Assembly (NCBI GenBank): GCA_040387495.1
Contig: JAZKDQ010000015.1
Span: 65,238 to 93,348 of the forward strand
DNA from: Pseudomonadota bacterium
GTDB taxonomy: Bacteria > Pseudomonadota > Alphaproteobacteria > Paracaedibacterales > CAIOTO01
Reading direction: 5' to 3'
DNA length: 28,111 bases
Part shown: in pieces, positions 8,763 to 18,851 of the stretch
Layout of the letters: every line of letters starts with the position of its first letter
Numbering within the stretch: position 1 is the first letter of the stretch
Translations under genes and position numbers: made by a program
The notes under the pieces: generated by a model
The model's database searches: none
Told to the model about the DNA's origin: nothing
What the model saw: the letters and a program-made list of their open reading frames with translations, nothing else

Positions 8763-10567
8763 ATGATAACGAGACACACCAAACGTTCACCAGACGTACA
8801 TTTATTTTAGGCGCCTTTAAAAGTGGACTCATGCTAGCACTTGTGGGTCGTTTGTATTATTTGCAAATAATAAAGGGGTCACATTATGAGGTTTTGTCTG
8901 ACAAAAATCGTATACAAACACGTTTGTTAGCACCTTCACGCGGACTTATTAAAGATAAAAATGGTGTTGTTTTAGCTGGCCATAAAATAAATTACAATGT
9001 AATTCTTGCTCCTGAATTAGTTGATATGCCAGAAAATTTACTTAAAGAAGTAGCGCTTTTATTAAAGCTTAATGACAATCATTATGAAGTTTTAGCCAAG
9101 CGCTTCAAACGAACTAAACGTCAACATTTACTTGTTAAAGAAGATTTGAATTGGGAAGAACTTTCTAAAATAGAATTGCACAGTGACGATTTAAAAGGTA
9201 TTTTGATTGAAAAGGGAGAACGCCGTTTTTATCCCTTTCCAGATCTTACATGTCACACCATTGGCTATGTTGCATCTGCAACCCAAAAAGATTTATCTGA
9301 ATCAGAGCCATTACTTCAATTGCCTGGATTCCGCATTGGTAAATCCGGAATTGAACAAACATGCAATCATACACTTCAAGGTGATGCTGGGCTAAAACAA
9401 GTAGAAGTTAACGTGTACGGTCGCGTTCTTAGAACACTTGAAACACTTGAACCCACAAAGGGATCAGAGCTTAACCTGACACTTGACATAAAGCTTCAAC
9501 AGGAAGTTTCTGCTATTTTAAAGCGAGAAGAAAGTGCTGGTGCTGTTGTTCTTGATGTGCATACGGGCGCCATTCTTTCTTTAGTATCTCAACCATCCTT
9601 TAATGCTCAACTTTTCACAGATTCAATTTCGAGAAACGATTGGCGAGACATCGCTGATCATCCCCGTCACCCTTTAACAAATAAAGTTATCTCGGGTCAA
9701 TATGCACCAGGTTCAATTTTTAAAATCATTGTGTCGTTAGCCGCGCTGCATGAAAAAGTCGTTGACCCCCACATTACATACCATTGCCCAGGACATTATG
9801 ATTATAATGACCACCGTTTTCATTGTTGGAATTGGAAAAGCGGAGGAGGACATGGATCAGTCAATTTACAAACAGCGATTGCCCAATCATGTGATACTTA
9901 TTTTTTTAATATAGCAACCAAATTAGGTATTGATGCGATGACGTCAATGGCACGCATCTTTGGATTTGGTAATCCTACGGGAATTGAATTGTCAGGTGAA
10001 AAATCTGGTCTTATGCCGTCAAAGCAATGGAAACGTGAAAACAGAAGACAAGCGTGGACAGGTGGTGATACAATTAATGCATCTATTGGTCAAGGTTATC
10101 TTTTATCAACACCTCTCCAACAAGCAAAAATGACTGCAATGTTAGTAAATGGGGTAAGACCAATCACACCGCATCTTACCAAACGAGATCAGAGACATGT
10201 GCCAGCACCGATCACTTCAATCGATCCTGAACATGTTGCACTTGTCTGTCGTGGTATGGCAGATGTAGTTAATCAGCCACGTGGAACTGCATATCGTGCA
10301 CGTATTATGGATGACTCATTTTTAATGGCAGGAAAAACGGCTAGTACACAAGTTAGTAGAATTACAGCTGAACAGCGATTAGAAGGCACACATAATGATC
10401 GCCCATATCATTTACGGGAACATGCTATGTGCACAGCCTTCGCGCCAGTAGAAAATGCCCGCTATGCTGTTGCTGTTATTGTCGAACATGGTGCGAGTGG
10501 TGCACGTGCAGCGGCTCCCATAGCACGTGATATTCTCATTGCAGCACGTGAACGGGAGAAAAAATGA
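8759..10567 (+). CDS. mrdA: Penicillin-binding protein 2
   Basis: RLYYLQI, PSRGLIKD, GKSGIE; SxxK (PGSIFK), SCD, and KTA in place of KTG. Confidence 0.96.
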   Translation: MNDNETHQTFTRRTFILGAFKSGLMLALVGRLYYLQIIKGSHYEVLSDKNRIQTRLLAPSRGLIKDKNGVVLAGHKINYNVILAPELVDMPENLLKEVALLLKLNDNHYEVLAKRFKRTKRQHLLVKEDLNWEELSKIELHSDDLKGILIEKGERRFYPFPDLTCHTIGYVASATQKDLSESEPLLQLPGFRIGKSGIEQTCNHTLQGDAGLKQVEVNVYGRVLRTLETLEPTKGSELNLTLDIKLQQEVSAILKREESAGAVVLDVHTGAILSLVSQPSFNAQLFTDSISRNDWRDIADHPRHPLTNKVISGQYAPGSIFKIIVSLAALHEKVVDPHITYHCPGHYDYNDHRFHCWNWKSGGGHGSVNLQTAIAQSCDTYFFNIATKLGIDAMTSMARIFGFGNPTGIELSGEKSGLMPSKQWKRENRRQAWTGGDTINASIGQGYLLSTPLQQAKMTAMLVNGVRPITPHLTKRDQRHVPAPITSIDPEHVALVCRGMADVVNQPRGTAYRARIMDDSFLMAGKTASTQVSRITAEQRLEGTHNDRPYHLREHAMCTAFAPVENARYAVAVIVEHGASGARAAAPIARDILIAAREREKK

Positions 10568-11664
10568 TGACAGTTCTTCAAAAATTCACCTTTATTCCGC
10601 GAATGCCACTTTTTTTGCTATGCCTTATAACCATGCTTGGCATACTTATGCTTGTATCTGCGGCCAATGGTTCACTACACCCATGGGCAGCTAAACAAAT
10701 GATTCGTTTCACATTTGGTTTCATCGTAATGCTAGGTATTACTTGCATTAATGTTCGAATGTTTTTTGACTATGCATATCTTCTTTATTCCATTTCTTTT
10801 GTAGCATTAGTGGCTGTGGAATTGATGGGCTTTGTCGGGATGGGGGCACAACGTTGGATTGACTTATATGTATTCAACTTTCAACCATCTGAATTAATGC
10901 GCCTTGGATTAATTCTGACACTTGCACGGTATTTCCACGGACTTTCACAAGAAGAAATAGCACGTCCGTTTATGTTGCTCTCGCCAATTATTTTAATTTT
11001 CGCACCAACGTTGTTGGTAATGAGGCAGCCTGATTTAGGTACAGCAATGTTACTCATGCTAAGTAGCGCTGCAATTTTCTTTGCAGCAGGAGTTCGTTTA
11101 TGGAAATTCGCTGTTGTTGGTGGAGGAATTTTGACTGCAATCCCATTACTTTGGAGTTTATTACATGGTTATCAAAAGAAAAGGATCTTAATTTTTTTAA
11201 ACCCTGAAAGTGATCCTGCACATGCAGGTTATCACATTATACAATCAAAAATAGCATTAGGTTCTGGTGGTCTTTTTGGTAAAGGTTTTCTGCAAGGAAC
11301 ACAAAGTCACCTTAATTTCCTACCTGAAAAACAAACAGATTTTATTTTCACCATGTTTTGCGAAGAATTTGGTCTTATAGGAGCGCTTTTTCTCATCACG
11401 CTTTATACGTCACTTATTGTTTGCAATGTTCGTATTGCAATGAATGCTCGTACCACGTTTGCCCGTCTTACGGCGCTTGGCTTGTCGGCAACCCTTTTTC
11501 TTTATGTTTTTATTAATATGGCGATGGTTACAGGTCTTTTGCCTGTGGTAGGCATTCCCCTTCCCTTCTTTTCGTATGGCGGCACTGCAATGTTAACACT
11601 GCTTATTAGTCAGGGAATTTTGTTTTCTGTTCATTTACATAATGACATGCGCATTGTACGGTAA
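10564..11664 (+). CDS. rodA: SEDS peptidoglycan glycosyltransferase RodA
   Basis: GAQRWI, FQPSE, QPDLGTA, QSKIALGSGG, LPEKQTDFIF, GIPLPFFSYGG. Confidence 0.97.
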   Translation: MMTVLQKFTFIPRMPLFLLCLITMLGILMLVSAANGSLHPWAAKQMIRFTFGFIVMLGITCINVRMFFDYAYLLYSISFVALVAVELMGFVGMGAQRWIDLYVFNFQPSELMRLGLILTLARYFHGLSQEEIARPFMLLSPIILIFAPTLLVMRQPDLGTAMLLMLSSAAIFFAAGVRLWKFAVVGGGILTAIPLLWSLLHGYQKKRILIFLNPESDPAHAGYHIIQSKIALGSGGLFGKGFLQGTQSHLNFLPEKQTDFIFTMFCEEFGLIGALFLITLYTSLIVCNVRIAMNARTTFARLTALGLSATLFLYVFINMAMVTGLLPVVGIPLPFFSYGGTAMLTLLISQGILFSVHLHNDMRIVR

Positions 11665-11856
11665 GTATTTTATACCTAGGTAAAATTTTTGTATAAAAAG
11701 AATCAACTATCTATTTTAACCTGGCTTTGTTATAAGATGTTGAATATATAATATTTTTTGAATATTTGATGTAAATTATAGTTTTTCATTTAAATGAAAA
11801 TACTAATTTAAGCCAAGATCAGAAAAATGCTAATTACAAAAATGGAGCAATATACA

Positions 11857-12083
11857 ATGAAAAAAATTAATTATTTTGATAAAAATAGCTTTTTCTACGC
11901 AGCAATCTCTGTATTACTATTCTTACCAACTGTTGTCGAATCAAGCTTCTCTATTCCTACATTAAATGAATTAGGGTCAAAGATATGGGTGGAAAGTAGA
12001 ATAAAAGAATACCCTGAGCTTGAATGGTTGCTGGCTGATGATGTGCACTATACACAAGAAGGAAAAGCCGACCAGGTTGAACA
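11857..12083 (+). pseudogene. 5' fragment of a probably exported protein, truncated by an IS
   Basis: GGAG RBS, ATG 11857, signal-peptide-like MKK...YAAISVLLFLPTVVES; frame runs into the IS terminal repeat at 12084 and stops inside the IS at 12132. Confidence 0.6.
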
Positions 12084-13203
12084 GGCTGTGTTGCACAAAA
12101 GAAAAAGTGGGCACAGCTTCGCTATGTTTTAACTAAAATTTTAAGCAGCTCGTTTGGCTTTGGGCATGCCAAGCACTTTCATTTTATTGAGAATGCGAAC
12201 ACCAATTTGTATTTTTGTATTTTGGTTTTCTATCGTTTGTGAGCGGAGTGTTCGGCCAATGATTGTCTTGTAGCGATAGTTTGTGTTTTTGATGCCAGAC
12301 CTTTTACCATAGTGCGTAATGTCTTGCCATTTTTGACGACCAACATCCTTCATTAAATGGATGTTTCCTTTACGTTTTGACGAATCATCCTCGCGTTCAG
12401 CTTGAATGCCAAGGTTGGGAGGAATGACGGCTTTAATAGGTATATTTTGATTAGAATTGTGTTTCATGGGTATCAAGAGCATCATACGTTCCTGGGTGAT
12501 CATACCCACCTGAATCACCGTAAAATGTATCAATGGGAGCCTCAATTTCAGCAAGCAGGTCAGGTACTTGACTGACATCGCTTATGGAGTGTGTTGTCAG
12601 CGAGGCAGCAATAATTTCTCCAGATCCATCAATGGCTAAATGAAGTTTACGCCAGGCTTTTCGTTGGCGTGTGCCATGTTTATAGTTCATCCATTCTTTT
12701 TCACAAAGAACCTTAAGTCCTGTACTATCGACAATCACGACCAATGCCTCGGGTGAAGATTTTGAAAGTTTTGGCAAGATAATACGTTTGGCACGCCTGG
12801 ATAACGTTGTGTGATCTGGAATCGCCAAATCTAATTTAAGAAGCGTTACAATCGACGTTAAAAACCCTTAGGTTTGCCGGAGTGGTTGCTTATAAACCAA
12901 GCGAAGTATATGGGCTGTCTCAATCGCGAGATCGGAATACTGACGTTGACGACCACGTTTCATTTTCTCGGATCGAACGTGATTCCAGTGTGTAACTGTA
13001 TCCTCTGAAAACCACACGGTTAAGCTTCCTCGGCTCTTAAGAGATTTATCATAGGTAGCCCAGTCGCGAACGTTATAATTCTTTTTCGTAAATTTATGGC
13101 GAACGGTATCTTTAAGAGTGTAAGGCATAGAAAACAACCGATGAAAAATTAATAAGGCATCGTACACCATAATTTACAAAATTTCTATTTGTGCACCACA
13201 GCC
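12084..13203 (-). mobile_element. IS5 family (IS903-group-like) insertion sequence, 1120 bp, decayed
   Basis: Terminal IRs GGCTGTGTTGCACAAA (from 12084) and TTTGTGCACCACAGCC (ending 13203), 1 mismatch in 16; flanks GGTTGAACA / TTACGAAGT show no direct repeat. Confidence 0.9.
12141..13128 (-). pseudogene. IS5-family DDE transposase pseudogene
   Basis: WATYDKSLKSRGSLTVWF, YSDLAIE, PDHTTLSRR, VDSTGLKV, WRKLHLA and LNKMKVLGMP are spread over three ORFs; in-frame TAA at 12868-12870 (LRQT*GFL) and a frameshift near 12470. Confidence 0.92.
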
Positions 13204-13263
13204 TTACGAAGTGCGGAACCAGTCGCTATATAGCCCTTTCTTTTACGTTGCGCAGAAACTTAT

Positions 13264-14685
13264 TTACGCGGCTTTTTTCGTGATACATTCAGCAGCACTC
13301 TCAGACACCTCATTTCCTTTTGCAACAATCCAAATGAATGCTAGGAAATTCGCTAAAATACCAATGAGTGCACCTTCGATCTGCACATTGCTTTCAATAT
13401 ATCCATTCCATAAAATTGTACTGACTACGCCGGAAAAACTTCCTACCCAGAATGCTTTTGCAGGTGCCTTATAGCCGAAAAGACCAGCAATAAGCGGCAC
13501 CAATATAACAGGCGTCCAAAAATTATAAGCCATAAGCAACACATCAAGTGCACTTGTTTGCTTGATCGAAAAAACAATGCCCCCAATACCAACACACAAC
13601 GTTGCAATGCGCGTCCATTGAATTTCAGTTTCTGGTGTAAGTAAAGTTTTTTTTCTCGCATTTTGTAATGGCTTTAGCACATCATGCACAATCGAAACAG
13701 ACGCTGCATTTAAAAATGAATCGGCAGACGACATAATAACAGCCATCATGCCCGCAATGGCAAACCCTTTAAGCCCGACAGGCATTACTGTTTGAATCAC
13801 AAAAGGAAGCGCTAGGTTTGGCGCCAGATCCGTTGTAATAGAAAATGCGATAATACCGATAACCCCTATTAAAAGGAAGAACGGAATTGATAAAAGTCCA
13901 CTCCACAGTGTGCCGCGCATTGTTTCTTGAATAGACTTTCCTATAAGCAAGCGCTGCATATACGGTGGTACAAGTGTTTCTCCAAAAAATAAACTTAATG
14001 CTGCTGCAGAGAGCGTTAAAACGGATGCTGCTGACCACGTAAAGGCAGTTGCGGGTGTGTGTGCAAAAAGTGCATCGATTCCGCCAATGTGATAAATGCC
14101 GAAAATAAGAACGAGTGGTAACGCAACAATCAACACACAAAAATGAATAGTATCATTGGTAACAACTGCTTTCATGCCCCCAAGCGTTGAATAGCAAACC
14201 ACAATAAGTGCACCAATAAGCAAACCTGTTACCGGTGGAATATCCATGAAAATATGGACAATATAACCAAATGCGCTAAATTGTGCGCCTGCTATACCTG
14301 CACATACTAGAGCACCTGCTATACCTGTCATAATGCGGACGTTTTCACCATAGATGCTCCCCATAATTTCACCAACAGAATACATGGATGAAAATGGCTG
14401 CATGCGAGGGGCTATATATTTAGCAACAAGAATTTCTTTAAAAGAAAATCCCCATAAGGCAACTACATAAAATATGCCAAGCGTATATGTTTTTTCGGCA
14501 AGGCCTGTTGTAAAACCTCCCCCAATAAAAGAGGAAGAAAGCGTTGCAAAAACAAAAAAGGCTGAGTAAGATTTTCCACCAATTGCATAATCCTTTAGGT
14601 TTTTAACAGAACGACCCACCCACAAACCAGCCCCTAAAATAATAGCAAGGTATGACCAAAAAATAATATAATCAAGTGTTTGCAT
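13264..14685 (-). CDS. Sodium:solute symporter family protein (PutP/PanF-like; substrate unknown)
   Basis: Many TM helices; DYAIGGK, YSTLGGMKAVVTND, MQRLL, GMMAVIMSSADS, VHDV. Confidence 0.9.
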   Translation of the reverse strand: MQTLDYIIFWSYLAIILGAGLWVGRSVKNLKDYAIGGKSYSAFFVFATLSSSFIGGGFTTGLAEKTYTLGIFYVVALWGFSFKEILVAKYIAPRMQPFSSMYSVGEIMGSIYGENVRIMTGIAGALVCAGIAGAQFSAFGYIVHIFMDIPPVTGLLIGALIVVCYSTLGGMKAVVTNDTIHFCVLIVALPLVLIFGIYHIGGIDALFAHTPATAFTWSAASVLTLSAAALSLFFGETLVPPYMQRLLIGKSIQETMRGTLWSGLLSIPFFLLIGVIGIIAFSITTDLAPNLALPFVIQTVMPVGLKGFAIAGMMAVIMSSADSFLNAASVSIVHDVLKPLQNARKKTLLTPETEIQWTRIATLCVGIGGIVFSIKQTSALDVLLMAYNFWTPVILVPLIAGLFGYKAPAKAFWVGSFSGVVSTILWNGYIESNVQIEGALIGILANFLAFIWIVAKGNEVSESAAECITKKAA

Positions 14686-14929
14686 ATATGCATCCCTAAA
14701 AAACATAAATAGAATATATTTGAATGTACAGGGTTGAAAAAATCATGTCAACCTTAAGAAAATTACAACAAATACTTTGTAAATATCTTGAAAAAAAATT
14801 TATATTACTTGTTGTGCACTTTTTTACCTGAGAAATGATGAATCTCCTCAGACAATTTTCTAACGTTTGCTCTTTAAAATGCTTTCAGTTAACATAACCA
14901 ACAACACCTACGATAAAAGGATAAAAATA

Positions 14930-15172
14930 ATGGCAACTGCACCTATGCCACAAAATTTTGAAGATGGAATGAATGAACTTGAAACACTTGTTAAAAAGCT
15001 CGAAGAAGGACACATGCCCCTTGAAACGGCAATTGAAGCTTTTGAACGCGGAAGCGCACTTCGTAAATTCTGCGAAGAAAAGTTATTAAAAGCAAAACTC
15101 AAAGTGGATCAAATTTTGATCAATGCTGAGGGTAGCGTTCGTACGGAATCTTTTGACGCTAATCAAAGCTAA
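14930..15172 (+). CDS. xseB: Exodeoxyribonuclease VII small subunit
   Basis: FEDGMNELETLVKKLEEG.MPLE.AI.AFERG..L...C...L..A..KV pattern; ATG 14930 after AAGGA. Confidence 0.93.
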   Translation: MATAPMPQNFEDGMNELETLVKKLEEGHMPLETAIEAFERGSALRKFCEEKLLKAKLKVDQILINAEGSVRTESFDANQS

Positions 15173-15187
15173 AATAGAAAATCATAT

Positions 15188-16180
15188 ATGCTCGGATCTT
15201 TTCCCACAACACGTCATCGCCGTCTCCGCCAAACGCCATGGGTGAGAAACCTAGTTGCGGAAACGCATCTTTCGGTAAATGATCTGATTCTACCCATTTT
15301 TATTCGCGAAGATTCACTTCGAGCCGATCCTATTCCATACGCTCCTTTTTATCGTTACACACTTGCTGAATTGCCCCGAGTTGTTGAGCAAGCCGTTGCA
15401 TGTGGAATTCCTGCGATAATGCTTTTTCCTGCACTTGAGTCCGATAAAAAAGATGACTCCGGTTCAGAGGCACGTAATCCAAATACACTTGTCGCAAAAG
15501 CAATTCATCTTATTCGCCGACAGAATTTACCAGTTGGCATCTTTGTCGATGTTGCATTGGATCCTTACACATCGCATGGCCATGATGGGGTCATCACTAA
15601 TGACAAAGTTGATAATGATGTGACAGTTGAACGCTTAGTTGAACTGTCAATTGTATTAGCTGACGCCGGCGCGGATGCGTTATGTCCATCAGACATGATG
15701 GATGGCCGTGTTGCAGCAATTAGAAACGCATTAGATACCCATGGTTTTGATGATCGATTAATCATTAGCTATACGGCTAAATATGCTTCTAGCTTTTACG
15801 GGCCATTCCGTGACGCTGTGGGTGCAAAAAAGCTGGCAGGTTTGTCAGATAAAAAAACGTATCAAATGGATTATCGCAACATGCGTGAAGCATTGCATGA
15901 AGCGGCTTTTGATGTTGCCGAAGGTGCCGATATGCTTATTGTAAAGCCTGGCCTGCCCTACTTAGATGTTATATGTAAACTTTCAAAAGAAACCTATACG
16001 CCTGTTCTTGCTTATCATGTAAGCGGCGAATATATTATGGTAAAAACAGCAGCTGAGGCTGGCTATATAGACGAGAAAAATGCATTTATGGAATCATGCA
16101 TGGCATTCAAACGTGCCGATGCCCGAGGGATTATCACGTATGCTGCACTTGACCTGGCTCAGTGGCTAAAAGAAAGTTAA
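15188..16180 (+). CDS. hemB: Porphobilinogen synthase (ALAD), Asp-rich non-zinc type
   Basis: RHRRLR, DVALDPYTSHGHDG (Asp/Ala instead of Cys ligands), PSDMMDGRV, KYASSFYGPFRDA, VKPG, AYHVSGEY. Confidence 0.97.
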   Translation: MLGSFPTTRHRRLRQTPWVRNLVAETHLSVNDLILPIFIREDSLRADPIPYAPFYRYTLAELPRVVEQAVACGIPAIMLFPALESDKKDDSGSEARNPNTLVAKAIHLIRRQNLPVGIFVDVALDPYTSHGHDGVITNDKVDNDVTVERLVELSIVLADAGADALCPSDMMDGRVAAIRNALDTHGFDDRLIISYTAKYASSFYGPFRDAVGAKKLAGLSDKKTYQMDYRNMREALHEAAFDVAEGADMLIVKPGLPYLDVICKLSKETYTPVLAYHVSGEYIMVKTAAEAGYIDEKNAFMESCMAFKRADARGIITYAALDLAQWLKES

Positions 16181-16190
16181 GCACTTTCAG

Positions 16191-16988
16191 GGTTCTGTCG
16201 CAAATTTTTATGATTTTTGTTAGAGTGAGCTAAATTGAATTTAGAAACAGAGATTTGCTATGAATTTCAAAGGGTCTCATTTTCCAAAAGATGTTATTTT
16301 AATGTCAATGTGTTGGTACATTGCGTATCCCTTAAGCTCTCGACATGTTGAAGAATTATTAGCTGAACGCGGCCTAAGCGTTGATCATGCAACGGTTAAT
16401 CGTTGGGTTGTTAAGCATTCACCCACACTTGAATCCAAATTTAGAAGCACCAAGAATACCGTTGGTAAAAGTTGGCTGATGGATGAGACGTACATTAGGG
16501 TCAAAGGAGAATGGGTTTACTATTATCGCGCCGTTGATAAAGAAGGCCAAACAATCGATTTCTATTTGTCAAAAACACGTGATACCAAGGCAGTGCTTAC
16601 TTTTTTCAAGAAAGCAATCAAGAGTAGCGGACAACCTGAAAAGGTTAATATTGATAAAAGTGGAGCTAATTTGGCAGGGTTACAACAGGTTAATCGAGAA
16701 TTGCCTGACACGGAGCAGATTGTGATCCGTCAGGTCAAATATCTCAATAACATGATTGAACAAGATCATCGAGGGATCAAACGCATTACTAATCCCATGA
16801 TGGGCTTTAAGAATTTTATGTGTGCAGAAGCCACGCTTGCCGGAATTGAACTTTATCACATGCTTCGGAAAGGACAAAATATGATCAAAGGATCACTGTC
16901 TGCTTGGGAGCAGTTCTATGCTCTCGCAGCATAATTATATTTCAAAAATAAGACTAATTATACCTATTCAAAAATTTGCGACATAACC
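16191..16988 (+). mobile_element. IS6 family insertion sequence, 798 bp
   Basis: IRL GGTTCTGTCGCAAATTTTT (from 16191), IRR AAAAATTTGCGACATAACC (ending 16988), 1 mismatch in 19; no flanking direct repeat. Confidence 0.93.
16260..16934 (+). CDS. IS6 family DDE transposase, apparently intact
   Basis: FKGSHFP, ERGLSVDHATVNRWV, WLMDETYIRVKGEW.Y.YRAVD, IDKSG, YLNNMIEQDHR.IK. Confidence 0.96.
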   Translation: MNFKGSHFPKDVILMSMCWYIAYPLSSRHVEELLAERGLSVDHATVNRWVVKHSPTLESKFRSTKNTVGKSWLMDETYIRVKGEWVYYYRAVDKEGQTIDFYLSKTRDTKAVLTFFKKAIKSSGQPEKVNIDKSGANLAGLQQVNRELPDTEQIVIRQVKYLNNMIEQDHRGIKRITNPMMGFKNFMCAEATLAGIELYHMLRKGQNMIKGSLSAWEQFYALAA

Positions 16989-17103
16989 ATAAATCTCAAT
17001 TGAAAGCAACAAGTCATCTTGTATGGGAAACTTAAGCTTGATTTTACCCCACTATTTATGGGACATATAAGATAAGAAATATTAATTGTATTGCAACCAC
17101 CTT

Positions 17104-18699
17104 ATGACAAATCCAGTCGTTAACTCAATCAATCAAGCACAAACTGAATTTCAGCCTAAAAGTTGGCCTTTTGAAGAAGCACGCCGCATTCTCAATCGTA
17201 TTCATCATAAAACGCCTGAAAAAGGTTTTGTTCTGCTTGAAACTGGTTATGGGCCTTCAGGCTTGCCGCATATAGGTACATTTGGTGAAGTTGCCCGCAC
17301 ATCAATGGTGCGTAATGCATTTGCAAAACTATCAGATATTCCAACACGTTTGTTTGCATTCTCAGATGATATGGATGGATTGCGTAAGGTCCCCGAGAAT
17401 GTACCGCAGCAAGAAATGCTAAAATTGCATATTGGGAAACCATTAATGCAAGTGCCTGATCCATTTGGAAAATACGAAAGCTTTGGTCAGCACAATAATG
17501 CAATGTTGTGTGATTTTTTAGATTCATTCGGTTTTGAATACGAATTTCAAAGCAGCACTGATTGGTATAAGAGTGGTCGTTTTGACGACTCATTGCGACT
17601 CGTGCTCAAACATTACCAAGAAATTATGTCATTAATATTGCCGTCCCTCAGAGACGAGCGACGTGCAACTTACAGTCCTTTTCTGCCCATATGCCCACGA
17701 ACAGGTGTCGTGCTTCAGGTTAAAATGGAAGAACTGCGCCCTGAAAGCGATACAATCATATACCGTGATCCTGAAACAGGTATCCTGACCGAGACTTTGA
17801 TTACTGGCGGCCATTGTAAATTGCAATGGAAAGTTGATTGGGGAATGCGCTGGAAGGCATTTGATGTGGATTATGAAATGTCAGGTAAGGATTTGATTGA
17901 TTCAGTGAAATTATCGAGTCAAATTTGTCGAACTTTAGGTGGTCGTGCACCTGAGAACTTAACATATGAACATTTTCTTGATGAACAAGGACAAAAAATT
18001 TCTAAATCAAAAGGTAATGGACTTACCATTGATGATTGGTTGAAATATGCGCCGCATGAAAGCTTAGGTTATTATATGTACCAATCACCAAAGCGCGCAA
18101 AACGTCTTTATTTTGATGTAATTCCAAAAGCGGTTGATGAATATTTAACGCATATGCAAAAGTTTCATAACCAATCAGTAGATGATCAAAAAGATAATCC
18201 TGTGTATCACGTGCATTCAGGTGCCCCGCCAACAGAACAATCGGTGGCTCTTACATTCAATATATTGTTGAATTTGGCCTCTGTATGTAATGCTGAAGAC
18301 AAATCTATCCTGTGGGGATTCGTGAAAAGATACGTGGATAATTCATGTCCAAAATCGCATGAAATGCTTGATCGTTTGATTACCTATGCAATTCGTTATT
18401 ATCATGATTTTGTTGCACCACATAAAGAATATAGATCTCCAACAGACCAAGAGCGCTCAGCGCTGTCAGAACTTGCTGAAAAACTTCTCACTTTTGATTC
18501 ATCAACATCAGCAGAAGACCTGCAAACAGAAGTTTTTGAAATTGGCAAGCGTCATGGCTTCAGTGATTTACGCGCCTGGTTTGGTGCAATGTATGAAGTA
18601 TTGCTTGGACAAAAAGAAGGGCCACGTATGGGGTCTTTCATTGCTCTTTACGGAATTGAAAACACACGAATGTTAATACGTGAAAAATTGGGATTGTAG
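17104..18699 (+). CDS. lysS: Lysine--tRNA ligase, class I
   Basis: ETGYGPSGLPHIGTFGE (HIGH-type), KLQWKVDW, KISKSKGNG (KMSKS-type), GPRMGSF. Confidence 0.96.
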   Translation: MTNPVVNSINQAQTEFQPKSWPFEEARRILNRIHHKTPEKGFVLLETGYGPSGLPHIGTFGEVARTSMVRNAFAKLSDIPTRLFAFSDDMDGLRKVPENVPQQEMLKLHIGKPLMQVPDPFGKYESFGQHNNAMLCDFLDSFGFEYEFQSSTDWYKSGRFDDSLRLVLKHYQEIMSLILPSLRDERRATYSPFLPICPRTGVVLQVKMEELRPESDTIIYRDPETGILTETLITGGHCKLQWKVDWGMRWKAFDVDYEMSGKDLIDSVKLSSQICRTLGGRAPENLTYEHFLDEQGQKISKSKGNGLTIDDWLKYAPHESLGYYMYQSPKRAKRLYFDVIPKAVDEYLTHMQKFHNQSVDDQKDNPVYHVHSGAPPTEQSVALTFNILLNLASVCNAEDKSILWGFVKRYVDNSCPKSHEMLDRLITYAIRYYHDFVAPHKEYRSPTDQERSALSELAEKLLTFDSSTSAEDLQTEVFEIGKRHGFSDLRAWFGAMYEVLLGQKEGPRMGSFIALYGIENTRMLIREKLGL

Positions 18700-18851
18700 A
18701 GCTTATCAAAAGAGAGTACCTTGATAGCGTAGCTCTTACGAGTCTCAGTTAAGTCTATATGACACAACATATCCATATATGCAAACTTACTCCTTGAATA
18801 TCAATTAGGGAGGATGATAGAGCATAGTTGTTAAAGGCAAGCAAAGCGTTA

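Noticed and set aside
11723..11738. GGCTTTGTTATAAGAT resembling an IS903 end
   Set aside because: Only 9 bp match, no partner IR or transposase remnant
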